The translations under genes were made by a program, and so were the position numbers. This document shows, in pieces, positions 18,457 through 27,955 of a DNA stretch of 56,329 nucleotides. The DNA comes from a bacterium (lineage in GTDB: Bacteria; Bacteroidota; Bacteroidia; Bacteroidales; UBA932). The stretch lies in the NCBI GenBank assembly GCA_963613775.1, contig CAVEAQ010000001.1, forward strand, positions 1-56,329, written 5' to 3'. The notes beneath the pieces are model-generated. The model was not told where the DNA came from. It ran no database searches and was given only the letters and a program-made list of their open reading frames with translations. Every line of letters starts with the position of its first letter. The stretch's first letter is position 1.

Positions 18457-19131
18457 ATGACCGACCATACCGGACTCTTCAGGACGATTGCGATTGCGCT
18501 GACGCTGCTGCTGCTCGGCTGCGGCGCGGTCCGCGCGCAGGTGCCCTTCTACGCCGCAGCGCCCGGGGACGGCAGGCTGCTGGGCTATCATTCACTCAAG
18601 TTCCGCCCTGCAAGCGGCTACAACGAGAGTTTCACCACCCTGCAGTACGGCATCGGCAAGACGGCGGTCGGCATCGAACTCTACACCTGTCCGACAGGCG
18701 CCTATTCCGGCTACACCTTCAGGGCCGGTTTCTACCGGAGCCACCGCTTCAACATCGGCTTCCAGACGAGTCCCACGTTCAGCCTCTCCGACCGGCACAA
18801 GTTCTCCTACATCACCAGCGGCCTCTACCTCCACGGTGCCATCGACTCCGCCGGCCGCTTCTTCTGGCTCTCCAACACCCTCTGGACTATACACACTGAC
18901 AGAATGACAGAACTCGACCACTGGCTCTACCTCGGCGGCAATTTCTCACTCCCGGGAGGCAGCGCACTCAAGCCTATGGCCGGCGTCATCCACTCGTGGA
19001 GCTTCGACTCGCCGGCGGACCTGGCCGTAGGATGTTCTTGGGCAGTAGGTAATTATGAATTCATCATCTGGTCTGACCGCTATTTCAGGGACAATCTAAG
19101 GATAGTATTCGGCATAGCCTTTGTATATTAG
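18457..19131 (+). CDS. Hypothetical exported protein, probable beta-barrel
   Basis: Signal peptide ending VRA-Q; aromatic-rich strands; terminal FVY. Start moved to 18457 because the longer ORF overlaps the opposite-strand gene. Confidence 0.7.
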   Translation: MTDHTGLFRTIAIALTLLLLGCGAVRAQVPFYAAAPGDGRLLGYHSLKFRPASGYNESFTTLQYGIGKTAVGIELYTCPTGAYSGYTFRAGFYRSHRFNIGFQTSPTFSLSDRHKFSYITSGLYLHGAIDSAGRFFWLSNTLWTIHTDRMTELDHWLYLGGNFSLPGGSALKPMAGVIHSWSFDSPADLAVGCSWAVGNYEFIIWSDRYFRDNLRIVFGIAFVY

Positions 19132-19172
19132 CGGAGCGTATTTTTTAAGAAGAACTTAATACTGACAGAAAT

Positions 19173-19841
19173 ATGATTTGGATGTTAATGATAGCGGTGA
19201 TGGTGCTCTCCTACATCATCTCGGCCACGCTTCAGAGCAAGTTTGACAAATACTCCCGCGTTCCCTCTCCGCACGGACTCACCGGAGCGGATGTGGCGCG
19301 CCTGATGCTCCAGCAGAACGGCATCAGCGACGTGACCGTGCAGTCCGTCAAGGGCAAGCTCACAGACCACTTCAACCCCCAGGACATGACCATCAATCTC
19401 AGCGAATCAGTCTACGGCTGCGCGTCCATAGCCGCCTGCGCCGTGGCTGCGCACGAGACCGGGCACGCCATCCAGCACGCCTGCGGCTATGCTCCGCTGC
19501 GTCTCCGCAGCGCGCTGGTGCCGGTGGTCACATTCGCCAACAATACAGTGCAGTGGGTGCTCCTGCTCGGAGTGGTGATGATCAACGTATTCCCTACCCT
19601 GCTCTGGATAGGCATCGCCCTCTTCGCGATGACCACCCTCTTCAGTTTCGTCACGCTGCCGGTGGAGATCAACGCCAGCCAGCGCGCTGTGCAGTGGCTG
19701 GAAGGAGCCGGGGTGGTGGACGCGACCTCCCGCCCGATGGCGGTCGATGCCCTCAAGTGGGCGGCCTACACCTATGTGATTGCAGCGATCGGTTCGCTCG
19801 CCACACTCTTCTACTACATTGGCATAGCACAGCGGCGCTAA
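19173..19841 (+). CDS. YugP-like membrane zinc metallopeptidase
   Basis: LTDHFNP, AAHETGHAIQH, TLPVEINASQRA, AAYTYV. Confidence 0.93.
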   Translation: MIWMLMIAVMVLSYIISATLQSKFDKYSRVPSPHGLTGADVARLMLQQNGISDVTVQSVKGKLTDHFNPQDMTINLSESVYGCASIAACAVAAHETGHAIQHACGYAPLRLRSALVPVVTFANNTVQWVLLLGVVMINVFPTLLWIGIALFAMTTLFSFVTLPVEINASQRAVQWLEGAGVVDATSRPMAVDALKWAAYTYVIAAIGSLATLFYYIGIAQRR

Positions 19842-19857
19842 TCTCGCAAATTATTGA

Positions 19858-19865
19858 TACCTTTG
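19858..19865 (+). promoter_or_regulatory. -7 box (TACCTTTG) for tyrS
   Basis: Exact TAnnTTTG. Confidence 0.65.
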
Positions 19866-19867
19866 CA

Positions 19868-19905
19868 GACTGCGCGTCAGGGATTCCGGATGCGCAGCCT
19901 TTTTG
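19868..19905 (+). terminator. Hairpin plus U-tract in the tyrS leader
   Basis: CTGCGCGTC...GATGCGCAG followed by CCTTTTTG. Confidence 0.55.
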
Positions 19906-19931
19906 ACTGTTATAAAATATTAAATCATTCG

Positions 19932-21224
19932 ATGCGAAATTTTATTGAGGAACTCAGATGGAGAGGCATGATCCACGACATTATGCCCGGAACCGAGGAA
20001 GAACTTATGAAAGGCCCTGCTTCAGCCTACGTCGGGATTGACCCGACGGGAGACTCCCTGCACATCGGGCATCTCGTGAGCATAATGATACTCAAGCACT
20101 TCCAGGCCTGCGGACATAAGCCATACGCACTCGTGGGAGGTGCCACCGGGATGATCGGCGACCCGTCGATGAAGAGCCAGGAGCGCAATCTGCTGGACGA
20201 GAAGACCCTCGCCCACAATGTCGCCTGCATCAAGTCTCAGCTCGCCCGCTTCCTGGACTTCAACTCCGACGCCCCCAACAAGGCGGAGCTCGTCAACAAC
20301 TACGACTGGATGAAGGACTACACCTTCATCAACTTCACCCGCGACATCGGCAAACTCATCACCGTCAACTATATGATGAGCAAGGACTCAGTCAAGAAGC
20401 GCCTCAGCCGCGATTCGTCAGAAGGAATGTCGTTCACGGAGTTCACCTACCAGCTCCTGCAGGGCTATGATTTCCTCTACCTCTACCAGCACTATAACGT
20501 ACGTCTGCAGCTTGGCGGCGCAGACCAGTGGGGCAATATCACCACCGGCACGGAACTCATCCGCCGCACCTGCGGAGGCGAGGCTTACGCGCTGACCTGT
20601 CCGCTCATCACCAAGGCTGACGGCGGCAAATTCGGCAAGACCGAGAAGGGCAACATCTGGCTCGACCCGGAGCGCACCTCCCCGTACCAGTTCTACCAGT
20701 TCTGGCTCAACGTCAGCGACGAGGATGCGGAACGCTACATCAAGATATTCACCCTGCTCGACCGCGAGACCATCGAGGCGGCCATAGCCGCCCACAGGGA
20801 GTGTCCGGAGAAGCGCGAACTCCAGAAACTCCTCGCGAAGGAAGTGACCGTGATGGTGCACGGGCAGAAGGAATACGAGACCGCGGTCAAGGCTTCCGGC
20901 ATCCTCTTCGGCAAGGCCACGGCGGACGACCTCCGCAGCCTCGACGAGAAGACCTTCCTCGCGGTGTTCGACGGCGTGCCTACGTTCAGCATAGAGCGCT
21001 CGAAGCTTCCGCTCGGCATACTCGACGCCCTTGCGGTGGAGACTTCAGTCTTCCCGTCCAAGGGAGAGGCCCGCAAGATGATACAGCAGAACGGTTTCAG
21101 CCTCAACAAGGAGAAGATGAGCGACATCACCCGCTCCCTCAGCGAAGACGATATCATCGACGGCAAGTATATCCTTGTCCAGAAGGGCAAGAAGGACTAT
21201 TATATCATCATCGTCAATGGATAG
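19932..21224 (+). CDS. tyrS: Tyrosine-tRNA ligase
   Basis: [29 protein letters not shown]-terminal S4 domain; start [12 protein letters not shown]. Confidence 0.98.
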   Translation: MRNFIEELRWRGMIHDIMPGTEEELMKGPASAYVGIDPTGDSLHIGHLVSIMILKHFQACGHKPYALVGGATGMIGDPSMKSQERNLLDEKTLAHNVACIKSQLARFLDFNSDAPNKAELVNNYDWMKDYTFINFTRDIGKLITVNYMMSKDSVKKRLSRDSSEGMSFTEFTYQLLQGYDFLYLYQHYNVRLQLGGADQWGNITTGTELIRRTCGGEAYALTCPLITKADGGKFGKTEKGNIWLDPERTSPYQFYQFWLNVSDEDAERYIKIFTLLDRETIEAAIAAHRECPEKRELQKLLAKEVTVMVHGQKEYETAVKASGILFGKATADDLRSLDEKTFLAVFDGVPTFSIERSKLPLGILDALAVETSVFPSKGEARKMIQQNGFSLNKEKMSDITRSLSEDDIIDGKYILVQKGKKDYYIIIVNG

Positions 21225-21564
21225 ACCGGCAAGCAAGAGGCAGCTTCAGGTTGCCCGCGAACTCCAGCGCGACCTCGCCGAGATCATCCGCAGCAGGGGC
21301 CTGGCGGCATACGCCGGTTGTCTGGTGACGGTGAGCGAGGTGAGAGTCAGCCCCGACCTCAGCATCGCCAAAGTCTATGTGAGCATCTTCCCGTCCGACA
21401 AGGCGCCGGCGGCACTTGCCTCGCTCGAGGAGGACAAGCGCGCCGTCCGCGGGGAGCTGGGCCGAAAAGTCGCATCGCAGCTGCGCATCGTCCCGGAGAT
21501 CAATTACTACCAGGACACCACCCTCGACTACGCCGAGCACATTGAGGAATTGCTGAAGAAATAG
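21217..21564 (+). CDS. rbfA: Ribosome-binding factor A
   Basis: [27 protein letters not shown]. Confidence 0.95.
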   Translation: MDRPASKRQLQVARELQRDLAEIIRSRGLAAYAGCLVTVSEVRVSPDLSIAKVYVSIFPSDKAPAALASLEEDKRAVRGELGRKVASQLRIVPEINYYQDTTLDYAEHIEELLKK

Positions 21565-22773
21565 TTGCCGTTGGACACCGGATTGTTCATAGCACTGCGC
21601 TATCTGTTTGCGAAGAAGTCCCACAATGTCATCAATGTGATTTCAGCAATCAGCGCAGCCGGCATTGCCATCGGTTCAGCGGCCCTCATCCTGATACTTT
21701 CGGTCTATAACGGCTTCGACCGCATCATCCGGGACAATCTCTCCGACCTCGACCCCGACATCTTCGTCTCCGCTTCCGGCGGAGGCTTCTTCGTGCCGGA
21801 GGGAGAGGCTTTCGAGGCCATACTTGAGGACTCCCGCATCGCCAGCGTGTCTTCCGTGCTGGAGGCGGATGTATTCGTCTCCTACGGCGGCAGGCAAGCT
21901 ATCGCCCGTGCCAAGGGGGTAGATGAGGTCTACGCGGAAGAGTCGCCGCTTGCCTCGCACGTCAGCAGCGGGGAGTTCGCTCTCTACCGCGGTGAAGTGC
22001 CGCTCGCGGCCGTGGGTTCAGGGCTCGCCTACGAGATGGGGATCAGTCCCCGCTTCCTCGAGAAGATAGCACTCTACTACCCCAGGAGTTCCGGCGGCAA
22101 TCCGCTGCTCGGTCCGGCCTCGGCCCTGGGAAGCGTACGGCTGGTACCGGGAAGCATTTTCAGCATAAGTTCCGCCACAGACGCATCGCTGATGATAGTG
22201 CCGCTGGAAGCTATGCGCACCCTCGTGGGCAGAAGTGACGCTGCCGTGTCCGGGGTGGAGCTGCGCCTCTCCGACCCTTCGCAGACCGGCGAGGTCCGCA
22301 GGGAGCTCTCGGCCGCTCTCGGGGAGAGCTTCTCCGTGCGCGACCGCTATATGCAGAACAGCTCCGTCTACAAGATGATGAAGTACGAGAAACTCGCCAT
22401 CTTCCTGATCCTGATTTTCGTCGTCATCATCGTGGCTTTCAATATCTTCGCCTCGCTCTCAATGCTCATAATCGAGAAGGCTGAAGACATCGGGACGCTG
22501 CGCGCGATCGGTGCGCGGGATTCTGTGATACGGCGCATCTTCCTGCTGGAAGGCTGGATGATTTCGCTGCTCGGGCTGCTTGTCGGTCTGGCCGTCGGGG
22601 TCGCCCTGACCCTGCTCCAGCAGCATCTGGGCCTGGTCAAGATGCCCCAGGGGTTCTTCATCCAGGCATATCCGGTCGAGCTGCAGGCAGCGGATGTACT
22701 GCTGACCGCCGCCGGAGTCGCCCTTATCGGCCTCGCCGTCGCCTGGTTTTCTTCACGAAGACTTGCCCGCTAG
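21565..22773 (+). CDS. LolC/E-type (FtsX/MacB family) ABC permease
   Basis: FIALRYL, LSVYNGF, IVAFNI..SLSMLIIEK..DIGTLRAIGA, YPVEL. Confidence 0.88.
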   Translation: MPLDTGLFIALRYLFAKKSHNVINVISAISAAGIAIGSAALILILSVYNGFDRIIRDNLSDLDPDIFVSASGGGFFVPEGEAFEAILEDSRIASVSSVLEADVFVSYGGRQAIARAKGVDEVYAEESPLASHVSSGEFALYRGEVPLAAVGSGLAYEMGISPRFLEKIALYYPRSSGGNPLLGPASALGSVRLVPGSIFSISSATDASLMIVPLEAMRTLVGRSDAAVSGVELRLSDPSQTGEVRRELSAALGESFSVRDRYMQNSSVYKMMKYEKLAIFLILIFVVIIVAFNIFASLSMLIIEKAEDIGTLRAIGARDSVIRRIFLLEGWMISLLGLLVGLAVGVALTLLQQHLGLVKMPQGFFIQAYPVELQAADVLLTAAGVALIGLAVAWFSSRRLAR

Positions 22774-22865
22774 GGGGGCACAGGGCCGGATTTGCAGGCA
22801 AAAACGCATTTTTGCAAGTCCCATACGAAAAAATAGTCGTATATTTACGGAACTAAAACTACAAT

Positions 22866-24581
22866 ATGAACACAAAAGTAATTACCACCATCTGCGCGGC
22901 GACCCTCGCACTCGCCGCCTGCGCCCCAGCCCCGGAGAAGACTACGGCCGCGGCTCCGGCACCTCACCTCGAGAAGAGGGGAGAAGTCACCCAGCTCATC
23001 GTAGGCGGCAAGCCTTACCTGGCACTCGCCTGCGAGCTCAAGAACTCTTCGGCCTCCAGCCGCGAGTATATGTCCCAGCGCTGGGCACAGCTCAAGCAGG
23101 CCGGCATCAACACGGTACTGGCAGTCGTGACCTGGGAGCAACTTGAGAAGGAGGAAGGCAAGTACGACTTCAGCGTCGTGGACGCCCTTGTGGAGGATGC
23201 CCGCGCCAACGATCTCAAGCTTGCGATACTCTGGTTCGGCAGCTGGAAGAACGGCGTCAGCAGCTACCACCCTGTCTGGGTCAAGAAGGATGCCGCGCGC
23301 TTCCCTTCAGCGCTCACCAAGGACGGCAAGACCCTGCCTATACTCAGCACCCTCGGCGAAGCGACCGCCAAGGCCGACGGAAAGGCATACGCCGCTATGA
23401 TGAAGCACCTCAAGGAGATCGACTCCGCAGAGCAGACGGTAGTGATGATCCAGATGGAGAACGAAGTCGGCCTGCACGGCTACACCCGCGACTACTGCCC
23501 GGCAGCCAATGCCGCATTCGCAGGTCAGGTGCCGTCCGAACTCATCGCATACCTCAGCGCCCACAAGGACTCCCTGCTTCCGGAGACCCTCGCAGCCTGG
23601 AAGAACAGCGGCTACAGGACCTCAGGCACCTGGGAGGAGGTGTTCGGCAAGAACGACCGCACCGACGAGATCTTCATGGCGTGGAACTACGCATCATACC
23701 TCAATACCGTATCGGCGGCCGGCAAGGCTGAGTACAATCTGCCTACCTTCGTCAACGCCTGGATCGTCCAGCCGGAAGACCGTCGCCCGGGCAACTACCC
23801 TTCAGGCGGTCCGCAGGCTCAGAACCACGACATCTGGAGAGCGGCGGCACCGGCCATCGACATCCTCTCGCCGGACATCTACCTCGCCGACTACCCTACC
23901 CTTCTGCGCATGTACGCCCGCAACGGCAACCCGGTATTCGTGCCTGAATCCCGCGCCGGCCAGAACGGAGCCGCCAATGCCGCATTCACCATCGGAGAGA
24001 TGGGCGGCATAGGATACTCACCGTTCGGATTTGACGTGGATGCTCTCAGCCCGAGCAACGCCACCTTCAGCGAGTTCTACCGCAAGGCCGACGCCGCTTC
24101 CGAGGTCATCCTCGAAGCTCAGGCGGAAGGCAGGATCCGTGCAGCCTGGCTCAAGGGTTCAGACCCTGTGCGGCTCAAGGATGAGGTCACCCTCGGCGAC
24201 TACCGCATATGCTTCGAACTCGTCTCCAGCGGACGCCGCAACGGCGGAGCGCCTCAGCTCACCGGAGGTACCTACGCTCCTGACGCCATCGGCTATGCCA
24301 TCGCCATCCAGGAAAGCGAGGACAGCTACCTCTTCCTCGGCTCCAACGTGCGCATCACCTTCCTTCCTAAGGAGGGTAATGACATCGTGGGTCTCGCCAA
24401 AGTCACCGAAGGCGACTACAAGGACGGCAAATGGGTGGAAGGACGCTGGCTCAACGGCGACGAGATCCAGCTCCGCTACGATCTTCTCTACGCAGTGGAC
24501 GAAGGATTCTCCGGACAGGGCATCAACTTCGGCACCCCACAGCCGGGATTCGTGAAAGTTCAACTTTACAACTATAAATAA
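22866..24581 (+). CDS. GH35-like beta-galactosidase with DUF5597 domain, lipoprotein
   Basis: Lipobox LAAC; LWFGSWKNG, QMENEVG, YPSGGP, PDIY, FVPES, WLNGDE. Confidence 0.85.
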   Translation: MNTKVITTICAATLALAACAPAPEKTTAAAPAPHLEKRGEVTQLIVGGKPYLALACELKNSSASSREYMSQRWAQLKQAGINTVLAVVTWEQLEKEEGKYDFSVVDALVEDARANDLKLAILWFGSWKNGVSSYHPVWVKKDAARFPSALTKDGKTLPILSTLGEATAKADGKAYAAMMKHLKEIDSAEQTVVMIQMENEVGLHGYTRDYCPAANAAFAGQVPSELIAYLSAHKDSLLPETLAAWKNSGYRTSGTWEEVFGKNDRTDEIFMAWNYASYLNTVSAAGKAEYNLPTFVNAWIVQPEDRRPGNYPSGGPQAQNHDIWRAAAPAIDILSPDIYLADYPTLLRMYARNGNPVFVPESRAGQNGAANAAFTIGEMGGIGYSPFGFDVDALSPSNATFSEFYRKADAASEVILEAQAEGRIRAAWLKGSDPVRLKDEVTLGDYRICFELVSSGRRNGGAPQLTGGTYAPDAIGYAIAIQESEDSYLFLGSNVRITFLPKEGNDIVGLAKVTEGDYKDGKWVEGRWLNGDEIQLRYDLLYAVDEGFSGQGINFGTPQPGFVKVQLYNYK

Positions 24582-25747
24582 TGAATATTCTCAAACCTCT
24601 GGCGGCAGCCTCGCTCGCCGTCTGCACCATACTTCCGCTCAGCGCCCAGAAAGACCCGTACAAGGGACAGAATATGCTTCCGGGCAGGAGCGTGGACGCC
24701 CAGGTGACAGAGCCCGGGTTCAAGGTATTCCAGTTCCCGAAAAATCAGATCCCGCGCATCGACGGAGAGTTCTCCGACTGGGACATAGTTCCGGACAGCT
24801 ACATCGTCCCGATGGAAGAGATGTGGGACGACAGCGGCAAGCACAAGGGCATCGACAAGTCCACCCTGGACATCAAGGTCAAGGTCGGCTGGGTAGAGGG
24901 GCTCAACAGACTCTACTTCTACTATGAGGCCTACGATGACTACTGGGACTTCGACCAGCTCGGACTGCGCAACGACACATTCGAGATCGTGGTGGACGGA
25001 GACCTCTCCGGCGGCCCGCACGTCGATGAGTTCAGGCTCAACGACGAAGTGCTCACCCGCTTCGACGGCTTCTTCCAGCTTCAGAACGAGCACGCACAGA
25101 ACTACCACATAATGACCCCTCCTACCCCTGGCAAGTCCTGGACTATGGTATGGGGAGTACAGCAGTGGCTCAAGGAGCTGCCATACGCCAACTATGCCTA
25201 CGGCTACAACTTCAAGCACGGCGAGAGCGGCACCCTCAAGTTCGAGTTCTACATCACCCCGTTCGACTTCGCCAGCGTGGACGGACCTGAATACTCCACA
25301 GAGAGCAGGCTCTACGAGGGCAAGAAGATCGGTCTCTGCTGGGCTGTCATCGACTACGACGGCGGCAAGGGCAACAGCGGTTTCTGGAACCTCTCCAAGC
25401 ATCACCGTATGTTCGGCAACGCTTCGATGGAGCGCCTCTTCACGCTTATGCCTCTCGAGGAGCAGTTCCGCAAGCCTGTGGAAGCCGCCTGGACCCACGT
25501 GGTCATCGACCACAGCAGGCTCGTGGCCTTCCGCGACCGCAGCCACGGCAACATCACTTCGTGGAAGTGGGACTTCGGCGACGGCACGACATCAACCGAG
25601 CAGAACCCTGTGCACGAGTATGCCAAGGACAACGCCCGCTATGTAGTAACCCTCTATGTATCAGGGCCTGACGGAAAGGATCTCTGCTGCAAGGTATGGG
25701 ATGTGGCTGTCCGGGACACCAAGCACCCTTCGGGAGAATACGAATAG
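24581..25747 (+). CDS. Exported CBM9/DOMON-like protein with C-terminal PKD domain
   Basis: Signal peptide; PRIDGEFSDW, DTFEIVVDGD; PKD motif SWKWDFGDG..STEQNPVHEY. Confidence 0.8.
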   Translation: MNILKPLAAASLAVCTILPLSAQKDPYKGQNMLPGRSVDAQVTEPGFKVFQFPKNQIPRIDGEFSDWDIVPDSYIVPMEEMWDDSGKHKGIDKSTLDIKVKVGWVEGLNRLYFYYEAYDDYWDFDQLGLRNDTFEIVVDGDLSGGPHVDEFRLNDEVLTRFDGFFQLQNEHAQNYHIMTPPTPGKSWTMVWGVQQWLKELPYANYAYGYNFKHGESGTLKFEFYITPFDFASVDGPEYSTESRLYEGKKIGLCWAVIDYDGGKGNSGFWNLSKHHRMFGNASMERLFTLMPLEEQFRKPVEAAWTHVVIDHSRLVAFRDRSHGNITSWKWDFGDGTTSTEQNPVHEYAKDNARYVVTLYVSGPDGKDLCCKVWDVAVRDTKHPSGEYE

Positions 25748-25770
25748 GACAGCAGCCTCAGCTGCATATC

Positions 25771-25808
25771 AAAAGGAAAGGCTCTCAGTCGAGAGCCTTT
25801 CCTTCTTT
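25771..25808. terminator. Bidirectional intrinsic terminator
   Basis: Perfect 14-bp stem AAGGAAAGGCTCTC-AGTC-GAGAGCCTTTCCTT between convergent genes. Confidence 0.85.
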
Positions 25809-27353
25809 GTCATAGAGTTCATACTGCAGGATGCTGTGCTCGGTCACCTCGACCAGGGTCAGCTTGCACTTGTACTTGCGCTTCCATTTGCGGACGAATG
25901 AGTTGAGTCCGCGGCTCAGGTACGCGCCCAGTATCGGGCTGACCTTGAGCGTAAATGTCTTCTGTCCCTTCTCCACATAGTCGGCTATCCTGCGCTCGAT
26001 CTCCTCGTCGATGACGACGGTGGACGCGATCTTGCCGGTACCGTGACACAAAGGACACTTCTCGGCCGTCTCTATCTCCGTCACCGGACGAATCCTCTGG
26101 CGGGTGAGCTGCATCAGGCCGAACTTGGTGAGCGGCAGCACGTTATGCTTGGCTCTGTCAGGCTCCATCAGATCCTTCATATACTTGAAGAGTTCATTGC
26201 GGTGCTCGGCTTTGTCCATATCGATGAAGTCGATGATGACAATGCCTCCCATATCGCGGAGTCTGAGCTGGCGTGCAATCTCCTCGGCCGCAATCTTGTT
26301 GACCTCAAAGGTATTCTCCTCCTGGTCGTTGGTCTTGGCGCGGGTGCCGCTGTTGACGTCGATGACATTGAGAGCTTCGGTCGTCTCGATGACGAGGTAT
26401 GCGCCCTGCTTCATCGGCACGACTTTGCCGAATGAACTCTTGATCTGGCGCGTGACTTCGAAATGGTCAAAAATCGGCTCCTTGCCTTCGTAGAGTTTCA
26501 CGATCTTCTCCTGCTCGGGAGAGATCAGGGAGACATAGCGGCGCACCTCATCGTAGATCTTCGTATCGTTGACATACACGTTGGAGAACGTGTCGTTGAG
26601 CAGATCGCGGATGGTCGCGGTAGTCCTGTCGTACTCGGTGAAGAGGAGCTTGACGCCCTTGGAAGCGGCGATTTTCTTCCACGACCCCTCCCATTTCTCG
26701 ATCAGCGAACGGAGTTCGGCCACAAGGACTGCGGCGTTTTTCTCTTCGGCTGCGGTACGGATGATGGCTCCGTAGTTGTGGGGAAGGATGCTGCGGACGA
26801 GAGTCTCAAGTCTCTTTTTCTCCTCGCGGGAGGAGATCTTCTGGGAAACGCTCACCTTGTCGGCAAAAGGGAGCAGTACAATGTTGCGTCCTGCCAATGA
26901 AATCTCCGCAGTCAGCCGGGATCCTTTGGTGGAGATAGGTTCTTTGACGATCTGGGCGATTATCATCTGACCCGGCTTGAGGTGGTCCTCTATGCGGCCC
27001 TCCTTGGCGAGTATGGGTCCTATCCTTGTGCCTGAATAAAGTTTGCCGAGGTCTTTGTTGGGATTGCTCTCGCGCACGAAAGTATCGAATGCGTTGAAGT
27101 AGAGCCCAAGGTCAAGATAGTGGATAAACGCTTCCTTGCTGTCACCTATGTCCACGAAAGCGGCATTCAGCGCGGGAAGTATCTTCTTGACTCTGCCAAG
27201 ATAGACATCCCCGACCGAAAAGCCATGACCCTTGGTTGACTCCCTGTCAAGTTCGATCAGACGATGGTTCTCCATCAGTGCGATGCGGACTTCAGAGGCC
27301 GAGACGTCGACCACAAGATCTTTTTCTGTTTTCGCGGTGGTTTCCATTTGCAA
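25785..27353 (-). CDS. rng: Rne/Rng family ribonuclease (RNase G-like)
   Basis: S1 domain (LNAAFVDIG), TEALNVIDVNSG, RLRDMGGIVIIDFIDM, CPLCHGTG. Confidence 0.95.
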   Translation of the reverse strand: MQMETTAKTEKDLVVDVSASEVRIALMENHRLIELDRESTKGHGFSVGDVYLGRVKKILPALNAAFVDIGDSKEAFIHYLDLGLYFNAFDTFVRESNPNKDLGKLYSGTRIGPILAKEGRIEDHLKPGQMIIAQIVKEPISTKGSRLTAEISLAGRNIVLLPFADKVSVSQKISSREEKKRLETLVRSILPHNYGAIIRTAAEEKNAAVLVAELRSLIEKWEGSWKKIAASKGVKLLFTEYDRTTATIRDLLNDTFSNVYVNDTKIYDEVRRYVSLISPEQEKIVKLYEGKEPIFDHFEVTRQIKSSFGKVVPMKQGAYLVIETTEALNVIDVNSGTRAKTNDQEENTFEVNKIAAEEIARQLRLRDMGGIVIIDFIDMDKAEHRNELFKYMKDLMEPDRAKHNVLPLTKFGLMQLTRQRIRPVTEIETAEKCPLCHGTGKIASTVVIDEEIERRIADYVEKGQKTFTLKVSPILGAYLSRGLNSFVRKWKRKYKCKLTLVEVTEHSILQYELYDKEGKALD

Positions 27354-27361
27354 TATAATTA

Positions 27362-27397
27362 AGAAAAAGCCCGCCGGATCTCCCGTCAGGCTTTTCT
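27362..27397 (-). terminator. Intrinsic terminator after bS22
   Basis: Minus strand AAAAGCCTGACGG-GAGAT-CCGGCGGGCTTTTTCT. Confidence 0.7.
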
Positions 27398-27400
27398 CGA

Positions 27401-27490
27401 CTATTTCTTCTTATGTCTGTTCAGACGCAAACGCTTCTTGCGCTTGTGCGTAGACATCTTGTGTCTCTTATGCTTCTTTCCGTTTGGCAT
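27401..27490 (-). CDS. 30S ribosomal protein bS22 (AURKAIP1/COX24-like), 29 aa
   Basis: Manual translation MPNGKKHKRHKMSTHKRKKRLRLNRHKKK, matching Bacteroidetes bS22. Below the ORF-track cutoff. Confidence 0.9.
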   Translation of the reverse strand: MPNGKKHKRHKMSTHKRKKRLRLNRHKKK

Positions 27491-27499
27491 TTTATGGAA

Positions 27500-27778
27500 T
27501 TATTTTGTCTTGACTTCAGATACGAATGACTTTGAAGGCTTGAAGGCCGGGATGTCATGTGCAGGTATAGTCATAGTGGTCTGCTTGGTGATGTTGCGTG
27601 CAGCCTTCTGGGCGCGGTGCTTGATGATGAAACTGCCGAAGCCACGGAGATAAACAGGGTTGCCCTTGATGATGGAAGCCTTGATGCTCTCCATTGTAGC
27701 CTCTACGACTGTCTGAACGGTTACCTTCTCGATTCCGGTCGACTTGGCAACTTCATTAACGATTTCTGCTTTAGTCAT
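27500..27778 (-). CDS. hup: HU/IHF family DNA-binding protein
   Basis: MTKAEIV, VYLRGFGSF, ARNI, PAFKPS. Confidence 0.95.
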   Translation of the reverse strand: MTKAEIVNEVAKSTGIEKVTVQTVVEATMESIKASIIKGNPVYLRGFGSFIIKHRAQKAARNITKQTTMTIPAHDIPAFKPSKSFVSEVKTK

Positions 27779-27823
27779 TGTCTTAATATTTAGTATTCAA
27801 TAAATTTGCAACGGATTGGAGTG

Positions 27824-27831
27824 CAAAAATA
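27824..27831 (-). promoter_or_regulatory. -7 box (TATTTTTG) for hup-bS22
   Basis: Exact TAnnTTTG on the minus strand. Confidence 0.65.
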
Positions 27832-27886
27832 TATTATTTTTTTCATTAATCAAAATAGTTGCAGCGAGTTTTGATTTTTTTTGCAG

Positions 27887-27901
27887 TGGCACGGAGATTG
27901 A
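27887..27901 (+). promoter_or_regulatory. Sigma54-type -24/-12 element upstream of lon
   Basis: TGGCACG-GAGA-TTGA versus consensus TGGCACG-N4-TTGC. Confidence 0.6.
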
Positions 27902-27955
27902 CTATATTAGCGGTTCGATTTGAGGAGCTATCATTACTGACAATTTGACAGAAAT

